The notes under the pieces were generated by a model that saw nothing but the letters and a program-made list of their open reading frames with translations, was not told the DNA's origin and did no database searches. Position numbers and translations under genes: made by a program. A stretch of 54,098 nucleotides of DNA from Reclinomonas americana ATCC 50394 (lineage: Eukaryota). This document shows, in pieces, positions 16,960-40,400 of this stretch; positions within the stretch are counted from its first letter, which is position 1, and each line of letters starts with the position of its first letter. The stretch spans positions 3,318-57,415 of the forward strand of contig PS015156.1 of the NCBI GenBank assembly GCA_048213135.1, written 5' to 3'.

Positions 16960-17480
16960 NNNNNNNNNNNNNNNNNNNNNNNNNNNNNNNNNNNNNNNNN
17001 NNNNNNNNNNNNNNNNNNNNNNNNNNNNNNNNNNNNNNNNNNNNNNNNNNNNNNNNNNNNNNNNNNNNNNNNNNNNNNNNNNNNNNNNNNNNNNNNNNNN
17101 NNNNNNNNNNNNNNNNNNNNNNNNNNNNNNNNNNNNNNNNNNNNNNNNNNNNNNNNNNNNNNNNNNNNNNNNNNNNNNNNNNNNNNNNNNNNNNNNNNNN
17201 NNNNNNNNNNNNNNNNNNNNNNNNNNNNNNNNNNNNNNNNNNNNNNNNNNNNNNNNNNNNNNNNNNNNNNNNNNNNNNNNNNNNNNNNNNNNNNNNNNNN
17301 NNNNNNNNNNNNNNNNNNNNNNNNNNNNNNNNNNNNNNNNNNNNNNNNNNNNNNNNNNNNNNNNNNNNNNNNNNNNNNNNNNNNNNNNNNNNNNNNNNNN
17401 NNNNNNNNNNNNNNNNNNNNNNNNNNNNNNNNNNNNNNNNNNNNNNNNNNNNNNNNNNNNNNNNNNNNNNNNNNNNAGAG

Positions 17481-17533
<53 letters not shown>

Positions 17534-18603
17534 TACTCATGTAAGAAGGTTGGGAGATTGGGGGTTGAGAGATTTTGATGGATCGTACCGAGAGACATCA
17601 TTTGCAGAACGCTGCGACACATACGCACGCACATACACACACACACACACGCACACAAAGACACACATTCTTTCTATCTCCCTCTCTCACAGCAAGATCG
17701 TATATCTTTATCATCATAGGTGCACGAAAGGATCTCTGGAAGAAGATGTCACCAGAGCCACACACACACACATACATACGCACAACGAGAGAGAGAGAAA
17801 GAGAGAGAAATCAGTTCGTTACCATCTGTTCACGTGAAGGTTGACGGTCATTCAAGCTGGTAGCGAAGATACGCACACTTACGTTGAGAGACATGGATCG
17901 CAGACAGACTAGCATGCAGACACATCCAGACAGACAGATAAATAGAAAATAGGCCTTCAAGCAAGCACAAACACAGCGGGAAAGAAGCAAGGCATAAAGG
18001 AAAAAACAAGCAATAGACGTACGAGAGAAAGACATTCGTGTTAAAGAGAATAGACCACTCGCCACATTTCAATAGCATGACGAAAGTTTATCAGACCCCT
18101 GCCTTCTAATCTCCCCCTTCCCCCTTCTCTTCCCCCTTTCTGCAGTCCCCCCCTCCCGCTCCCCCAGCCCACCCCCCGGCGACCCCGCCCTCAGCGACTC
18201 CGCCAACCTCGCCGGCTCCGTCCGCCTGCCCCCACTCCGCTCGCAATCCACACCCCCACTGGCCGCGGCAATTTTGAACCAGGGAGTGCAGAAAGGTATT
18301 CACATCTCCTTCTCCCCCCTTCTCAGTACTCTCCCCACCTCACACCTTTTTCCCCCGCAACCAGGCCTGCAAGCCTACAGTGGCCTCCCACCCGCCGCCG
18401 TCGCCGCCTTGACCGACCACCTCCGCGATCCACCCATCACACAGAAGGAGGCGGAGCGATTCTGGGCGCGTTTGGAGACCGGCAACGGGAGCGTGGAGTT
18501 TGCGAGTGGAGTGACTGGACTCGGCGTGGAGACGCCGTACATGATGTTGGTGGGCGCGACCAATGTGCGACGGCACAGTCGGGTGGCTCCGTGGGTTGCG
18601 TAG
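16226..18603 (+). CDS. Hypothetical protein (~276 aa; Ser/Thr/Gln/Pro-rich)
   Basis: Exons 16226-16525, 16609-16750, 18146-18295, 18365-18603 join in frame via GT-AG introns (831 nt). Divergent from the dehydratase gene. No domain recognised; an extra exon could lie in the gap. Confidence 0.55.
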
Positions 18604-19542
18604 GCGATGGGATGGAGAGAGAGGATGTAGGAAGAGAAGCCTCTTCGCATCGTGGCCCGGCCTTTGGATTACTCTACGTCTTCAACTCGCTCACTGACTC
18701 ACGTTGTCGTATTCGCCGCTTTGCTTCTCTTTCCTTCGTCTCTCTGTTTTCTCTTATTGCTAGCAAACTCTCGTCACAATGGGTTGTTTTTCTTCACGCT
18801 CGCTTCCTGCCGTTCAACTCTCCTCTTCTCTTCTTTTATTCCGGTCGCTCGCCTTTTAGCATATTCTACTTTCGCCACAATGGATCCGCGCTCGCTTCTC
18901 ACGCCTCTTGTTGTCTTCTTTCTCTGTTGTCACCTTGTCACTGCTGTTCTCGAATCCTTATATCTTTCCGTCCAAGCTCCTTGCCGCCGTTGTTGTTCAT
19001 CCGTGTTGTTACCACCCGTCCTCTCTCGCAATGCAGTTCGTCTCCGCTGCCTTGCCGTGTTTCCCTGTTGCTAAAAGTCCTTTACCTCCACTCCATTTTC
19101 TCTTCATGCATTTCGTACTTTCGTCTTTGCCCGGTCTTCAGTCGCTTCTGCTCTTCCTCTTCTCTGTTGTCTCACTTGTGGCAACCAACTTCCGAGCATC
19201 GCTGTCCTCGCTTCTATCGTTTCCTACAACACCAGTTCTTCTCGTTCACTTCACCGCTGCTGTCCTCCTCGCTATTGTCTCCTCCCCCACCCCCCTTCTT
19301 TGTTCCCCCTTTCCATCCCTTCTCCCTTCCCCCTTCTCCTCTCCCTCACCCTTCCCCTCTTCCTTCCCCCTCTCCCTTCCCCCTTTCCATCCCTTCTCCC
19401 TTCCCCCTTCTCTCTACTCCCCTTCCCCCTTTCCCTTCCCCTTTCTCTCCCTTCTTTATTCCCCCTTCCCCCTTCTCCCTTTCCCATTGCTTCCCCTCCC
19501 CCTTTCCCATTGCCCCCCTCACCCTTCCCCCTTTTCCCGCAG

Positions 19543-25070
<5,528 letters not shown>

Positions 25071-25132
25071 GAATAATGTAGGATTGGAGTAATTGCCATC
25101 GCAGAGGTAACGATCCTATTGTTCAATCCACG

Positions 25133-28100
25133 TCACAGCTCCATGGTGAAGCCACCCAGCTTCTCTCGCAGATCACGCATCACCGTCCTTGCCTCCGCCG
25201 CAGTTGGTCTGTCATAGAACAGCGACATGCATCTGCACAGAAAGCAAGCGAAGTGAGCGGCGAGCCAACTCTTCTCTCTCTCTCCTCCTCGCACGCAACT
25301 GCACTCCCAACCGCAGCATCCCGCTCGCCACATCCGCCGGCCACTCGCCCGCAGCAAGATCCGCCTCCTCGGCACCGTCCACCGACTCGAGTGACCGTTC
25401 CCACCGCGCAGCCTGTCCCACCAGGGTGCGCGCCTCGCGACCCGTTAGGAGCTGCAGCAAGACGACACCAAAGGCGTGCAGATCCATGGCTGCACGGATC
25501 TCGCCCGAGCGGAAGAAGAGTGGATCGGTATAGTACGAGGAACCGGCGTGTTTGGCGGTGTGGTGGTGGGTCTGTGCGCGGGGAGAGAGGGGGATGACGA
25601 AGAGAATGACGAAGAGAGATGCATTCTCTGTTCGTGAACTCATGCTCTCGCCGTGCTCTCAAGACACAATCTCCACACATGCGAGAGTGCAGAACGACAA
25701 TCTTTCCATTCTCTCTGCGACGAGAATAGTTGTACAACCCATCCTCTCAACGTGGAGATGCACGAGTACACGTTTACCTTTCTCTCACCCACCGCACAAA
25801 TCACAGGTGCCGATCAAGGAGACACGGAGAACGAGAGTAGTTCTCGTGCACCAGAGTTGCGAAGAAAGAGAGTGGACACAGAATGAGCAAGGCGATCACG
25901 CTGAGGAATGGGGAAAGAGTGCACATACAACAAACATGAACACTACATCGATCGCGCTGCAAGCACCTGCTAATTTTCGATGACATTCATGAAAGAATCC
26001 ACTCGACAACGAGAGTGAAAAGTGGAAAGAAGACGAACTCATCTCGGGGATCGGAATAATGAGTGAAACGCACACCAACAAAAAGAAGTAGATATGCATC
26101 TTGCTGTGCCACTGTCCATCTGCACACTCACCTCCCCCTCATCGAAAATGCGCGCAATGCCAAAGTCTCCAAGACGTGGCTCACATCGATTGTCAAGCAG
26201 AATGTTAGATGGTTTGAGATCGCGATGCACAACGCCGTTCTGAGAGGAGAGAAAGTGAGGGTGACGAAGGAAGGGCAGGTAAACATTCGGAAGGAGAGGG
26301 CGATGGTCCCCGAGAAAGCATGACGACGAGAAAGGAACGATGGGCCGAGAAGGTATCGACAAATGGCAGATTGTGGGTGAGATGGAAGAGAAGACAGGTA
26401 AGATCACCAACACGAGCGGTGCAAACACATAGCAAATGATGGTATCCCCAAGCGAACACATCTGGAGTGAGAAGCACGAGGAGAGGAAAGACAAGCAACA
26501 CAATCCAGCGACAGACAACTCAATGAAGACGAGTAAGCTGACAACAGCCAAAGATAACAGCCTTATCAACAAAGAAGAGCCTGAAGATGCTCTCACAAAC
26601 AACAGACACAGACAATGATTGCTCTCGCCTATCTGAGAGGTCGCGCAGGGAAACTGTCGACTAACTCACCTGATGCAAGAAACACATGCCCTCGACAATG
26701 CCGAGTCCGATTTGCACACGTTGCACCACCGTCAACGGTCGCATCCCGTCCTTCCGCTTCATGAGTCGCACCTCCAGATCCTGTCCACTGCGGATGCATT
26801 GAATGTGAGGAAGAAGGGAATGCAAAGGGAAGAGAAAGAGAATAGGAAAGAAGCTTCGGTAAAGAAGAATGATCTCTGGAAGGTGCTCATTGTGTATGGA
26901 CCAGTGAAGACTCAGATTATTATTTCAAGGAGTGAGAGAGAGAGAACGAGAAACAATGAAGGGAGGTGGAGAGCAAACGGGGGGAGAGACACATATAATG
27001 CAAGTAAGCGGGAGTGAACCAACCGCCTCGTCACACTTCCCCCACGAACTCACCGCATGGCTCGATACACCAGACATCGCCCTCGCACACCACCACCCTC
27101 CACCAGTGTGGAGTATCCCAGCAGCGGAACAAGTCGACGATGATGTAGTCGTCCGATCGTGTTCAACTGGCATGAGTAGAAGTGAGCAACAGCTTAATCC
27201 CATTCCCTCCTGCTTCAACAGACCTCGGCATCGTACGACTCCATTGCCGAGGGCGCGGCACCATCCAGTCGCTTGACAGCCACCTCTTCCTCGTTCAGCC
27301 AACACAAGTACACCTCACCATGACCGCCTTCGCCGGCCTTCAGGTCGTCGGAGAAGGATTCAGTGGCGCGTAGAATGTCAGGCCAGGGGTATTCGCGCAG
27401 GCGATTGGGATCAGCGGCTGCAGATGGGGAAAGGAGAAAGAGAGGTTCAGAGTGACGGTTCGAAGGGAAGAGATGCATCTCTCTCACACGCACCTTGGAG
27501 AGAGGCCAGCTCGCGGCGCAAACGACTGTTTTCATGCGTGAAATCGACTCGCTCACTGGCGAAGACATGCGCCTGCTGCTCCAGTTCACGCTGCAGCTGC
27601 GCGACACGCTGTTCCGAAACAGAAAGAGCCTGTTGCAGTTCCCGCTGCTGCCGCTCAGCTTGTCGCTCGAGTTCCCGCTGCTGCTGTTCTCGCTCACGGC
27701 GGTATGCGTCGTATTCACGCTGGAGATGAGAAATGACGGCGTCCTTGTCGGCTAGCTGGCGCAACAACGCAGCGGCGTCTAGTGCCTGCAGGGAATCAGG
27801 GAGGTAGGATTGAGGCGAGAGAAACAGAGTGACAAAATTTGGCATGTGAGATGGTGCATGAGTGGAACTGAATGCGCAGCTCCTCACCTGTCGATGTATG
27901 GATGCTGCTGCTTGTGCGACGACACGATTTGGGCAGACAAAGGCACGAAACGCTGGTCAGGAAAAAGGGACAAGCGCAGAAAATGGAGCGAGATACCTGC
28001 AGGTGGAGATCGCTGCTGTTGTTGTTTTTGACGTGGTGATGCTTGCTGCTGCGCAGCCAGGCGGTCGAGCAACTCAGCCACATACTGGTGGCCGTTATCT

Positions 28101-28698
28101 CGAGCCCACTGAGCCGCCGATTCGCCTTCCTTGTCGACCATGGGAATGAGGTCGGGAAAGCGCGTGGCGAGGAGTCGCACAACGGCTTCGTGCCCTCGTG
28201 CGGCAGTCCAATGCAGTGCAGTGGACTGTGGATTCGGATGACGTTCATTGGTGACCGCCCGCACCATTTCCGGGGGACATCGTCGCTCATCGGCCAGCAA
28301 CCACTCGACCACGTGCAGATGGCCTTTGATGGCAGCCGCCATCAGTGGCGTCTCGCCATATTCATCGACCACCAGTGCGAGTTCCGGACCGACGCCACTC
28401 TTCTCCCACAAATACTCCAACACAGAGAGATGGCCTCCGTGAGCGGCACGGTAAAATGCCGAGCAGCCCTTATACATCTCCTCTCTCTCCAGCAGAGTGT
28501 GTGCACCCTCGCGTGCCACCAGCTCGCGCAGTGCCTTCACATTGCCATCATATGCCATCTCCCAAGCTTTCAGCCTGCAAAACACAACCAGCAAATGGTG
28601 AGTGCGCTCCAGTGACAGACCTGACAACAATACAAACAACACACATACACACACCTTCGAGCGCCACCACTGCCCGCTCCACTCCGCGCCGCACTCAT
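25133..28698 (-). CDS. Ankyrin-repeat / coiled-coil / IRAK-Pelle(RLCK)-type protein kinase, copy 1 (~613 aa)
   Basis: Exons 28698-28655, 28574-27997 (ankyrin), 27910-27888, 27785-27494 (coiled coil), 27417-27224, 27166-27054, 26787-26670, 26239-26132, 25571-25300, 25232-25133 join in frame (1842 nt). Motifs [40 protein letters not shown]. Confidence 0.9.
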
Positions 28699-29211
28699 TC
28701 TCCTCAACGACAGGAACGAAGTCGTGACAGAAGTGTCCTGCAAGTTTCGTTCACTTCGTCGTTTTCGCTTTCTCCATTTCCCTCCATCACTCGCGACTCC
28801 ACTAATACACACAGCCATCGAACTTCACGTATGCGACAGAGTAAACACCCGCACAAACAGAACTCAAAAAAGTCGACGTTCACGACGTCGCTCCGTCGTT
28901 CTCTAATTCAATTAGCACCGTGAGTTCAAGCGTAAGTACCCTCTGCCGACCGACGTATGAGGTTCCTTGTCGCACACCTTCATTATCGTGCTCAGCATTC
29001 TCCTGCTCTCATATTGAGCGACGAAGTTGCCTCGAGGGCTGGGCACTGAAATCTCGCTCGGAGTCGCCAAGCGTGGCGGGCTGCATGGTGACTGGCCGCA
29101 GTCAACATCGACAGTCCTCCAGTCACCTGCCAACGGCACAGGCGACAGCTGTGGCCACAAGCGTCGGGGGGCACCTGGATTGCAATGCACCTTCCACTCC
29201 CTTCTGTCTCG

Positions 29212-32810
<3,599 letters not shown>

Positions 32811-33315
32811 CCTCCCCAACAACGACAGGAACGAAGTCGTGACAGAATGTGTCCTGCTATGCAAAGTTTCGTTCACTTCGTCGTTTTTGCTTTCTCCATT
32901 TCCCACCATCACTCGCGACTCGGCTAACGCACACAGCCATTGAACTTCACGTGTGCGACAGAGTAAACACACGTGCAAACAGAACTCAACAAAGTCGACG
33001 TTCATCACGACGTCGACGTCGCCATTCCGTAAGTTCAAGCTAAAATGCCCTTCGCCGACCGACGTATGAGGTTCCTTTTCGCACACCTTCATTATCGTGC
33101 TCAGCATTCTCCTGCTCTCATTTCGAGCGACGACGTTGCCTCGAGGGCTGGGCACTGAAATCTCGCTCGGAGTCGCCCAGCGGGCTGCATGGTGACTGGC
33201 CGCATTCAATATCGACAGTCCTCCAGTTACCTGCCAACGGCGCAGGCGACAGATGTGGCCACAAGTGTCGGAGGGCACCTGGATTGCAATGCACCTTCCA
33301 CTCCTTTCTGTCTCT

Positions 33316-36300
33316 TCACAGCTCCATGGTGAATCCACCCAGCCTCTCTCGCAGATCACGCATCACCGTCCTTGCCTCCGCCGCAGTTGGTCTGTCATAG
33401 AACAGCGACATGCACCTGCGCAGAGAGCAAGCGAAGTGAGTGGTGAGTCAACTCTTCGCTCTCCCTCCTCGTCGCACGCAACTGCACTCCCAACCGCAGC
33501 ATCCCACTCGCCACATTCGCCGGCCACTCGCCCGCAGAAAGATCCGCCTCCTCGGCACCGTTCACCGACTCGAGTGACCGCTCCCACCGCGCAGCCTGTC
33601 CCACCACTGCACGTGCGTCGCAACCGGTCAACAACTGCAGCAAGATGACACCAAAGGCGTGCAGATCCATGGCGGCACGGATCTCGCCTGCGCGGACGAA
33701 CAGCGGGTCGATGTAGTACGAGGAACCGGCGTGTTTGGCGGTGTGGTGGTGGGTCTGTGCGCGGGGGGATGAGAAGAGAATGGCGAAGAGAGATGCATTC
33801 TCTGTTCGTGAACTCATGCTCTCGCCGTGCTCTCAGGACACAATCTCCACCATGCGAGAGTGAACAATGAGATTCTGTCTATTCTCTTTGCGACGAGAAA
33901 AAACGATGTGCAACTAATCCTCTCAACGTGGAGAGGCGAGTACACGTTTACCTTCCTCTCACCCATTGCAAAAATCACAGGTCTACGAACAAGGAGACAC
34001 GGAGAACGAGAGTAGTTCTCATGCACCAGAGTTGCGAAGAAAGAGAGTGGACACAGAATGAGCAAGGCGATCACTCTCAGGAATGGAGAACGAGTCCGCA
34101 TGCAACAAACATGAACACTCCATCGATCGCGCTGCAAGCACCTGCTAAGTTTCGATGACAGTCATGGAAGAATCCACTCGACAAAGAGAGTGAGGAGTGG
34201 AAAGAAGACGGGCTCTGGGTCTCCAACAAGCAACTGGGCAAGGGGATCGATAGAACGAGTGAAACGCACACCAACAACAAAGAAGTGGAGAAGTATCTTC
34301 CTGTGCTAACATCCATCTGCTGACACAGACACACACCTCCCCCTCATCGAAAATGCGCGCAATGCCAAAGTCACCGAGTCGTGGCTCGCATCGATTGTCA
34401 AGCAGAATGTTAGATGGTTTTAGATCGCGATGCACGACGCCGTTCTGAGAGGAGAGAGAGTGAGGGTTACGGTGGAAGGGAACATTTGGAGAGAGGGCGA
34501 TGGTTAACGAGAATGCATGACGACGAGAAAGGAACGACGGGCCGAGAAAGTATCGACAAATGGCAAATTGTGGGTGAAACGGAAGAAGATCAAGAACACG
34601 AACAGCAAGCACACGTAACCGATGATGGTATCCACAAGTGAACTGTCGAGAGTGAGAAGAACGACGAGAGAAAAGACAGGAAACACAATCCAACGGCAGA
34701 CAACTCAAGGAAGACGAGTGCCCGCCCACTCTCCGCTGACAACAACCAAAGACACAGCCTAATGAACAAGAAAGAGCCTCACGATACTCTCATCAACCGA
34801 AGACACAAACAAAGATTACTCTCGCCAAGCAGGATAGCAGAGAGAGAGTGTGTGTGCTGCGCCACTCACCTGATGCAAGAAACACATGCCCTCAACAATT
34901 CCGAGTCCTATTTGCACACGCTCCACCACCGTCAGTGGCTGCATGCCGACCGCTCGCTTCATGAGTCGCACTTCCAGATCTTGTCCACTGTGTGCGAAGC
35001 AAGGGAATGCGGAGGGAGAAGGAAGAGAAAAGGAAAGAAGCAAAAGGAGGAGACAATGCGCTTGGTTGAATAAGAATGACGATCTCTGGAAGGTGCTCAT
35101 TGTGTATCGGTCAGTGACGATTCAGATCATTATTTCTAGGAGAGAGAGAGAGAAAGAGAAACAATGAGGGGAGGTGGAGAGCAAACAGGGGGAGAGACAG
35201 ATATGATGCAAGTAAACGGGAGTGCACAGAAGAGAATCAACAAATTAACCACCTCGTCACACTTCCCCCACCAACTCACCGCATTGCTCGATACACCAAA
35301 CATCGCCCTCGCACACCACCGCCCTCCACCAGTGTGGAATAACCCAAAAGCGGGACAAGTCGACGATGATGCAGCCGTCCAATCGTGTTCAACTGGCATG
35401 AGGAGAAGTGAGCAACAGCTTAATCCCATTCCCTCCTGCTTCAACAGACCTCGGCATCGTACGACTCCATCGCCGATGGCGCAGCACCATCAAGTCGCTT
35501 GACAGCCACCTCTTCCTCGCTCAGCCAACACAGATACACGTCACCATGACCGCCCTCTCCGGCCTTCAAGTCGTCGGAGAAGGATTCAGTGGCGCGGAGA
35601 ATGTCGGGCCAGGGGTATTCGAGAAGGCGATTGGGATCAGCGGCTGCAGATGGGGAAAGGAGAAAGAGAGGTTCAGAGTGACGGTTCGAAGAGAAGAGAA
35701 GCATCTCTCTCAGTCACACCTTGGAGGGTGGCCAACTCGCGGCGCAAGCGACTGTTTTCATGCGTGAGATCGACTCGCTCACTGGCAAACAGTTGCGCCT
35801 GCAGTTCCAGTTCACGCTGCAGCTGCGCGACACGTTGTTCTGACACGGCATTGGCTTGTCGAAGCTCTTCGTGCTGCCGCTCAAGTTCCCGCTGCTGCTG
35901 CTCTCGCTCACGGCGGTATGCTTCGTATTCATGCGGAAGATGAGACATGATGGCGTCCTTGTCGGCGAGCTGGCGCTCCACCGCGACGGCGTCCACAGCC
36001 TGCAGGTAACAAGGAGGTCGGAAAGAGTAGAGAGAAAGAGAGCGACAAGAAACCACCACAGACGGTGTGCGAATGGACTGACGTCGAAAGGAATGCGCAG
36101 ATTCTTACCTGCCGCTGTGGCGAAGCTGCTGCTGGCACACGAGCAAATTCGACTATGCGGACGGAGTAGGAACACAAAGTCACGAAGTGCAGGTCAGCAT
36201 GTGCAAGGGAGAGACAACAGCACACGTCAGAGAAAGACCTGGAGGTGGAGGAGATCGCGGCTGCTGCTGTTGTTGTTGTTGTTGACGTGGTGGTGCTGGT

Positions 36301-36958
36301 TGTGCAGCGAGGTGGTCGAGCAAGTCGGCCACTTGGTGGCAACCAAAGAGGCGTGCCCATTGAGCCGCCGTCATGCCCTCCTTGTTCACCACGGGAACGA
36401 GGTCGGGAAAGCGTGTGGCGAGGAGTCGCACAATGGATTCTTGACCAGATGCGGCAGCCCAATGCAGTGCAGTGGACTGTGGAACGTTTGCACGATCATT
36501 GGTGACGGCCCGCACCATCTCCGGCGGACATCGTCGCTCATCGGCCAGCAGCCACTCGACCACGTGCAGATATCCATTGAATGCAGCAACCATCAGTGGC
36601 GTCCAGCCATAATCGTCAACCACCAGTGCAAGTTCCGGACCGACGCCACTCTCTTCCGACAAATACTCCAACACAGAGAGATGACCTTGTTGAGCGGCAC
36701 CGTAAAATGCCGAGCAGCCCTCATATATCTCCTCTCTCTCCAGCAGAGTGTGTGCACCCTCGCGTGCCACCAGCTCGCGCAGTGCCTTCAAATTGCCATC
36801 ATATGCCATCTCCCAAGCTGTCAGCCTGCAAAACGCAACCAGCAAAGAGAGTGAGTGTGCTTCAGAGATCGATCGGACAACATCACACACATTCACACAC
36901 GCACACACCTCCGAGCGCCACCACTTCCCCCCACAGCTCCCCTGCGCGCCGCGCTCAT
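33316..36958 (-). CDS. Ankyrin / coiled-coil / IRAK-Pelle-type kinase, copy 3
   Basis: Same structure; ankyrin exon 36825-36239; catalytic motifs intact. Confidence 0.88.
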
Positions 36959-37467
36959 TCTCCCCAACAACGACAGGAATGAAGTCGCGACAGAAGTGTC
37001 CTGCAAGTTTCGTTCCAACTTCGTCGTTTTCGCCTCCATCTCTCTCGCTCGCTCGCGACTCCACTAACGCACACAGCCATCGAACTTCACGTATGCGACA
37101 GAGTAAACACCCGCACAAACAGAACTCAACAAAGTCGACGTTCATCACGACGTCGCCCTGTCGTTCTCTAATTCAATGAAGTTCAAGCGTAAGTACTAGT
37201 ACCCTTCGCCGACCGACGTATGAGGTTCCTTGTCGCACACCTTCATTATCGTGCTCGGCGTTCTCCTGCTCTCATATAAAACGAAGATGCCTCGATGGCT
37301 GGGCACTGAAATCTCGCTCGGAGTCGCCCAGCGGGCTGCATGGTGACTGGCCGCATTCAATATCGACAGCCCTTCAGTCACCTGCCAAAGGCACAGGCGA
37401 AAGCTGTGGCCACAAGCGTCGGAGGGCACCTGAATTGTAATGCACCTTCCACTCCCTTCTGGTCTCT

Positions 37468-40400
37468 TCACAGCTCCATGGTGAATCCACCCAGCCTTTC
37501 TCTTAGATCGCGCATCACCATTCTCGCCTCAGCCGCAGTTGGTCTATCATAGAAAAGCGACATGCATCTGCACAGAGAGCAAGCGAAGTGAGTGGTGAGT
37601 CAACTCTTCTCTCTCTCTCTTCTCCGTCGGACGCAACTGCACTCCTAACCGAAGCATCCCACTCGCCACATCCGCCGGCCACTCACCCGCAGAAAGATCC
37701 GCCTCCTCCGCACCGTCCACCGATTCCAATGACCGTTCCCACCGCGCAGCCTGCCCCACCAGCGTGCGCGCCTCGCGACCCGTCAGCAGCTGCAGCAAGA
37801 TAACACCGAATGCGTGCAGATCCATTGCTGCACGAATCTCGCCCGAGCGGAAGAAGAGCGGATCGGTGTAGTACGAGGAGCCGGCGTGTTTAGCGGTATG
37901 GTGGTGGGTCTGTGTGCGGGGAGAGAGGGGGATGAGAAGAGAATGGCGAAGAGAGATGCATTCTCTGTTCGCGAACTCATGCTCACGCCGCAGCGTGCTC
38001 TCAAGACACAATCTCCACACATGCGAGAGTGAACAACGAACATTCTGTCTCTTCTCTCCGCGACGAGAATTGTTGTGCAACTCACCCTCTCAACGGGGAG
38101 ACAGACGAGTACACGTTTACCTTTCTCTCACCCACTGCACAAATCACAGGTCCACGATCAAGGAGACACGGAGTATGATAGTAGTTCTCATGCACCAGAG
38201 TTGCGAAGGAAATGAGTGTGGACACATAATGAGCCAAGTGTTCACGCTGAGGAATGGAGAACAAATGCATATACAACAAACATGAACACTCCATCGATCG
38301 CGCTGCAAGCACGTGCTAAGTCTCGATGACAGAAACGAAAGAACCCACTCGACAGAGTGAGAAGTGGAAAGAAGATGAGCTCTGGGTCTCCAACACGCAA
38401 CTATGCAAGGGGATCGGTAGAACGAGTGAAATGCACACCAATAACAAAGAAGTGGAGAAGTATCTTCCTGCTATTCTCCATCTGAGGACACACACTCACC
38501 TCCCCCTCATCGAAAATGCGCGCGATGCCAAAGTCTCCAAGACGTGGCTCGCTTCGGTTGTCGAGCAGAATGTTGGATGGTTTGAGATCGCGATGCACGA
38601 CGCCGTTCTGAGAGGAGAGAGAGAGTGAGGGTGATGGAGGAAGGGCAGGTAAACATTTGGAAGGAGAGGGCGATCGTCTCCGAGAATTCATGATGACGGG
38701 AAGGAACATGCCATTCGAGGGCAGATTGTGGGTGAAGTGGAAGAGAAGACAAGGAAGATCACCAACTCACGAGCAATGAGCATCACATCGCAAATGATGG
38801 CATCCACAAGTAAACTGTCGAGAGTGAGAAGCACGACGAGAGGAAAGACAAGAAACACACTACAACGACTGGCAACACAAAGACGCGAGTACTTACTCTC
38901 TGCTGACAACAACCAAAGACACAGCCTTATCAACAAAGAAGAGCCTGAAGATGCTCTCACAAACAAAAGACACAGACAATGATTGCGCTCGCCAACAGGG
39001 AAACTGTCGACTAACTCACCTGATGCAAGAAACACATGCCCTCGACAATGCCGAGTCCGATTTGCACACGTTGCACCACCGTCAACGGTCGCATCCCGTC
39101 CTTCCGCTCCATGAGTCGCACCTCCAAATCCTGTCCGCTGTGTGCGAAGCAAGGGAGGTGAGAGGAAGAAGGGAATGCAGAAGAGTGAAAGGAAAGAAGC
39201 AAAAGGAGGAGACAATGCGCTTCGGTAAAGAAGAATGATCTCTGGAAGGTGCTCATTGTGTATGGATGAGTGAAGATTCTGGTTATTATTTCAATGAGTG
39301 AGAGAGAGAGAACGAGAAACAATGAAGGGAGGTGGAGAGCAAACGGGGGGAGAGACACATATAATGCAAGTAAGCGGGAGTGAACCAACCGCCTCGTCAC
39401 ACTTCCCCCACGAACTCACCGCATGGCTCGATACACCAGACATCGCCCTCGCACACCACCACCCTCCACCAGCGTGGAGTATCCCAGCAGTGGAACAAGT
39501 CGACGATGATGCAGTCGTCCAATCGTGTTCAACTGGCATGAGGGGAAGTGAGCAACAGCTTAATCTCATCTCCTCCTGCCTCAACAGACCTCGACATCGT
39601 ATGACTCCATGGCCGACGGCGCAGCACCATCCAGTCGCTTGACAGCCACCTCTTCCTCGCTCAACCAGCACAGATACACCTCACCATGACCGCCTTCGCC
39701 GGCCTTCAAGTCGTCGGAGAAGGATTCCGTGGCGCGTAGAATGTCGGGCCAGGGGTATTCGCGCAGGCGATTGGGATCTGCGGCTGCAGATGGGGAAAGG
39801 AGAAAGAAAGGTTTAGAGTGACGGTTTGAAGAGAGAAGAGGTGCATCGCTCTCAGTCAGACCTTGGAGGGTGGCCAGCTCGCGGCGCAAGCGACCGACCT
39901 CATGGGTGAGATCGAACCGCTCACTGGCAAAGAGTTGCGCCTGCTGTTCCAGTTCACGCTGCAGCTGCGAGACACGTTGTTCCGAAACAGAAAGACCCTG
40001 TCGAAGTTCCTCGTGCTGCCGCTCATGTTCCAGCTGCTGCTGCTCTCGCTCGTGTCGGTATGCGTCGTATTCATGCTGGAGATGAGAAATGACGGCGTCC
40101 TTGTCGGCTAGCTGGCGCAACAACGCAGCGGCGTCTAGTGCCTGCAGAGAATCAGGGAGGTAGGATTGAGGCGAGAGAAACAGAGTGACAAGAAACTACC
40201 AGAGACGGTACGCGAATGGACTGATATTGTAAGGAATGCGCAGATTCTCACCTGCCGCTGTGGCGAAGCTGCTGTTGGCACACGAGCAAATTTGATGATG
40301 GGGACGGAGAAGGAACACAAAGTCACGAAGTGCAGGTCAGCATGTGCAAAGGAGAGACAACAGCACACGTCAGAGAAAGACCTGGAGGCGGGGATCGCGG

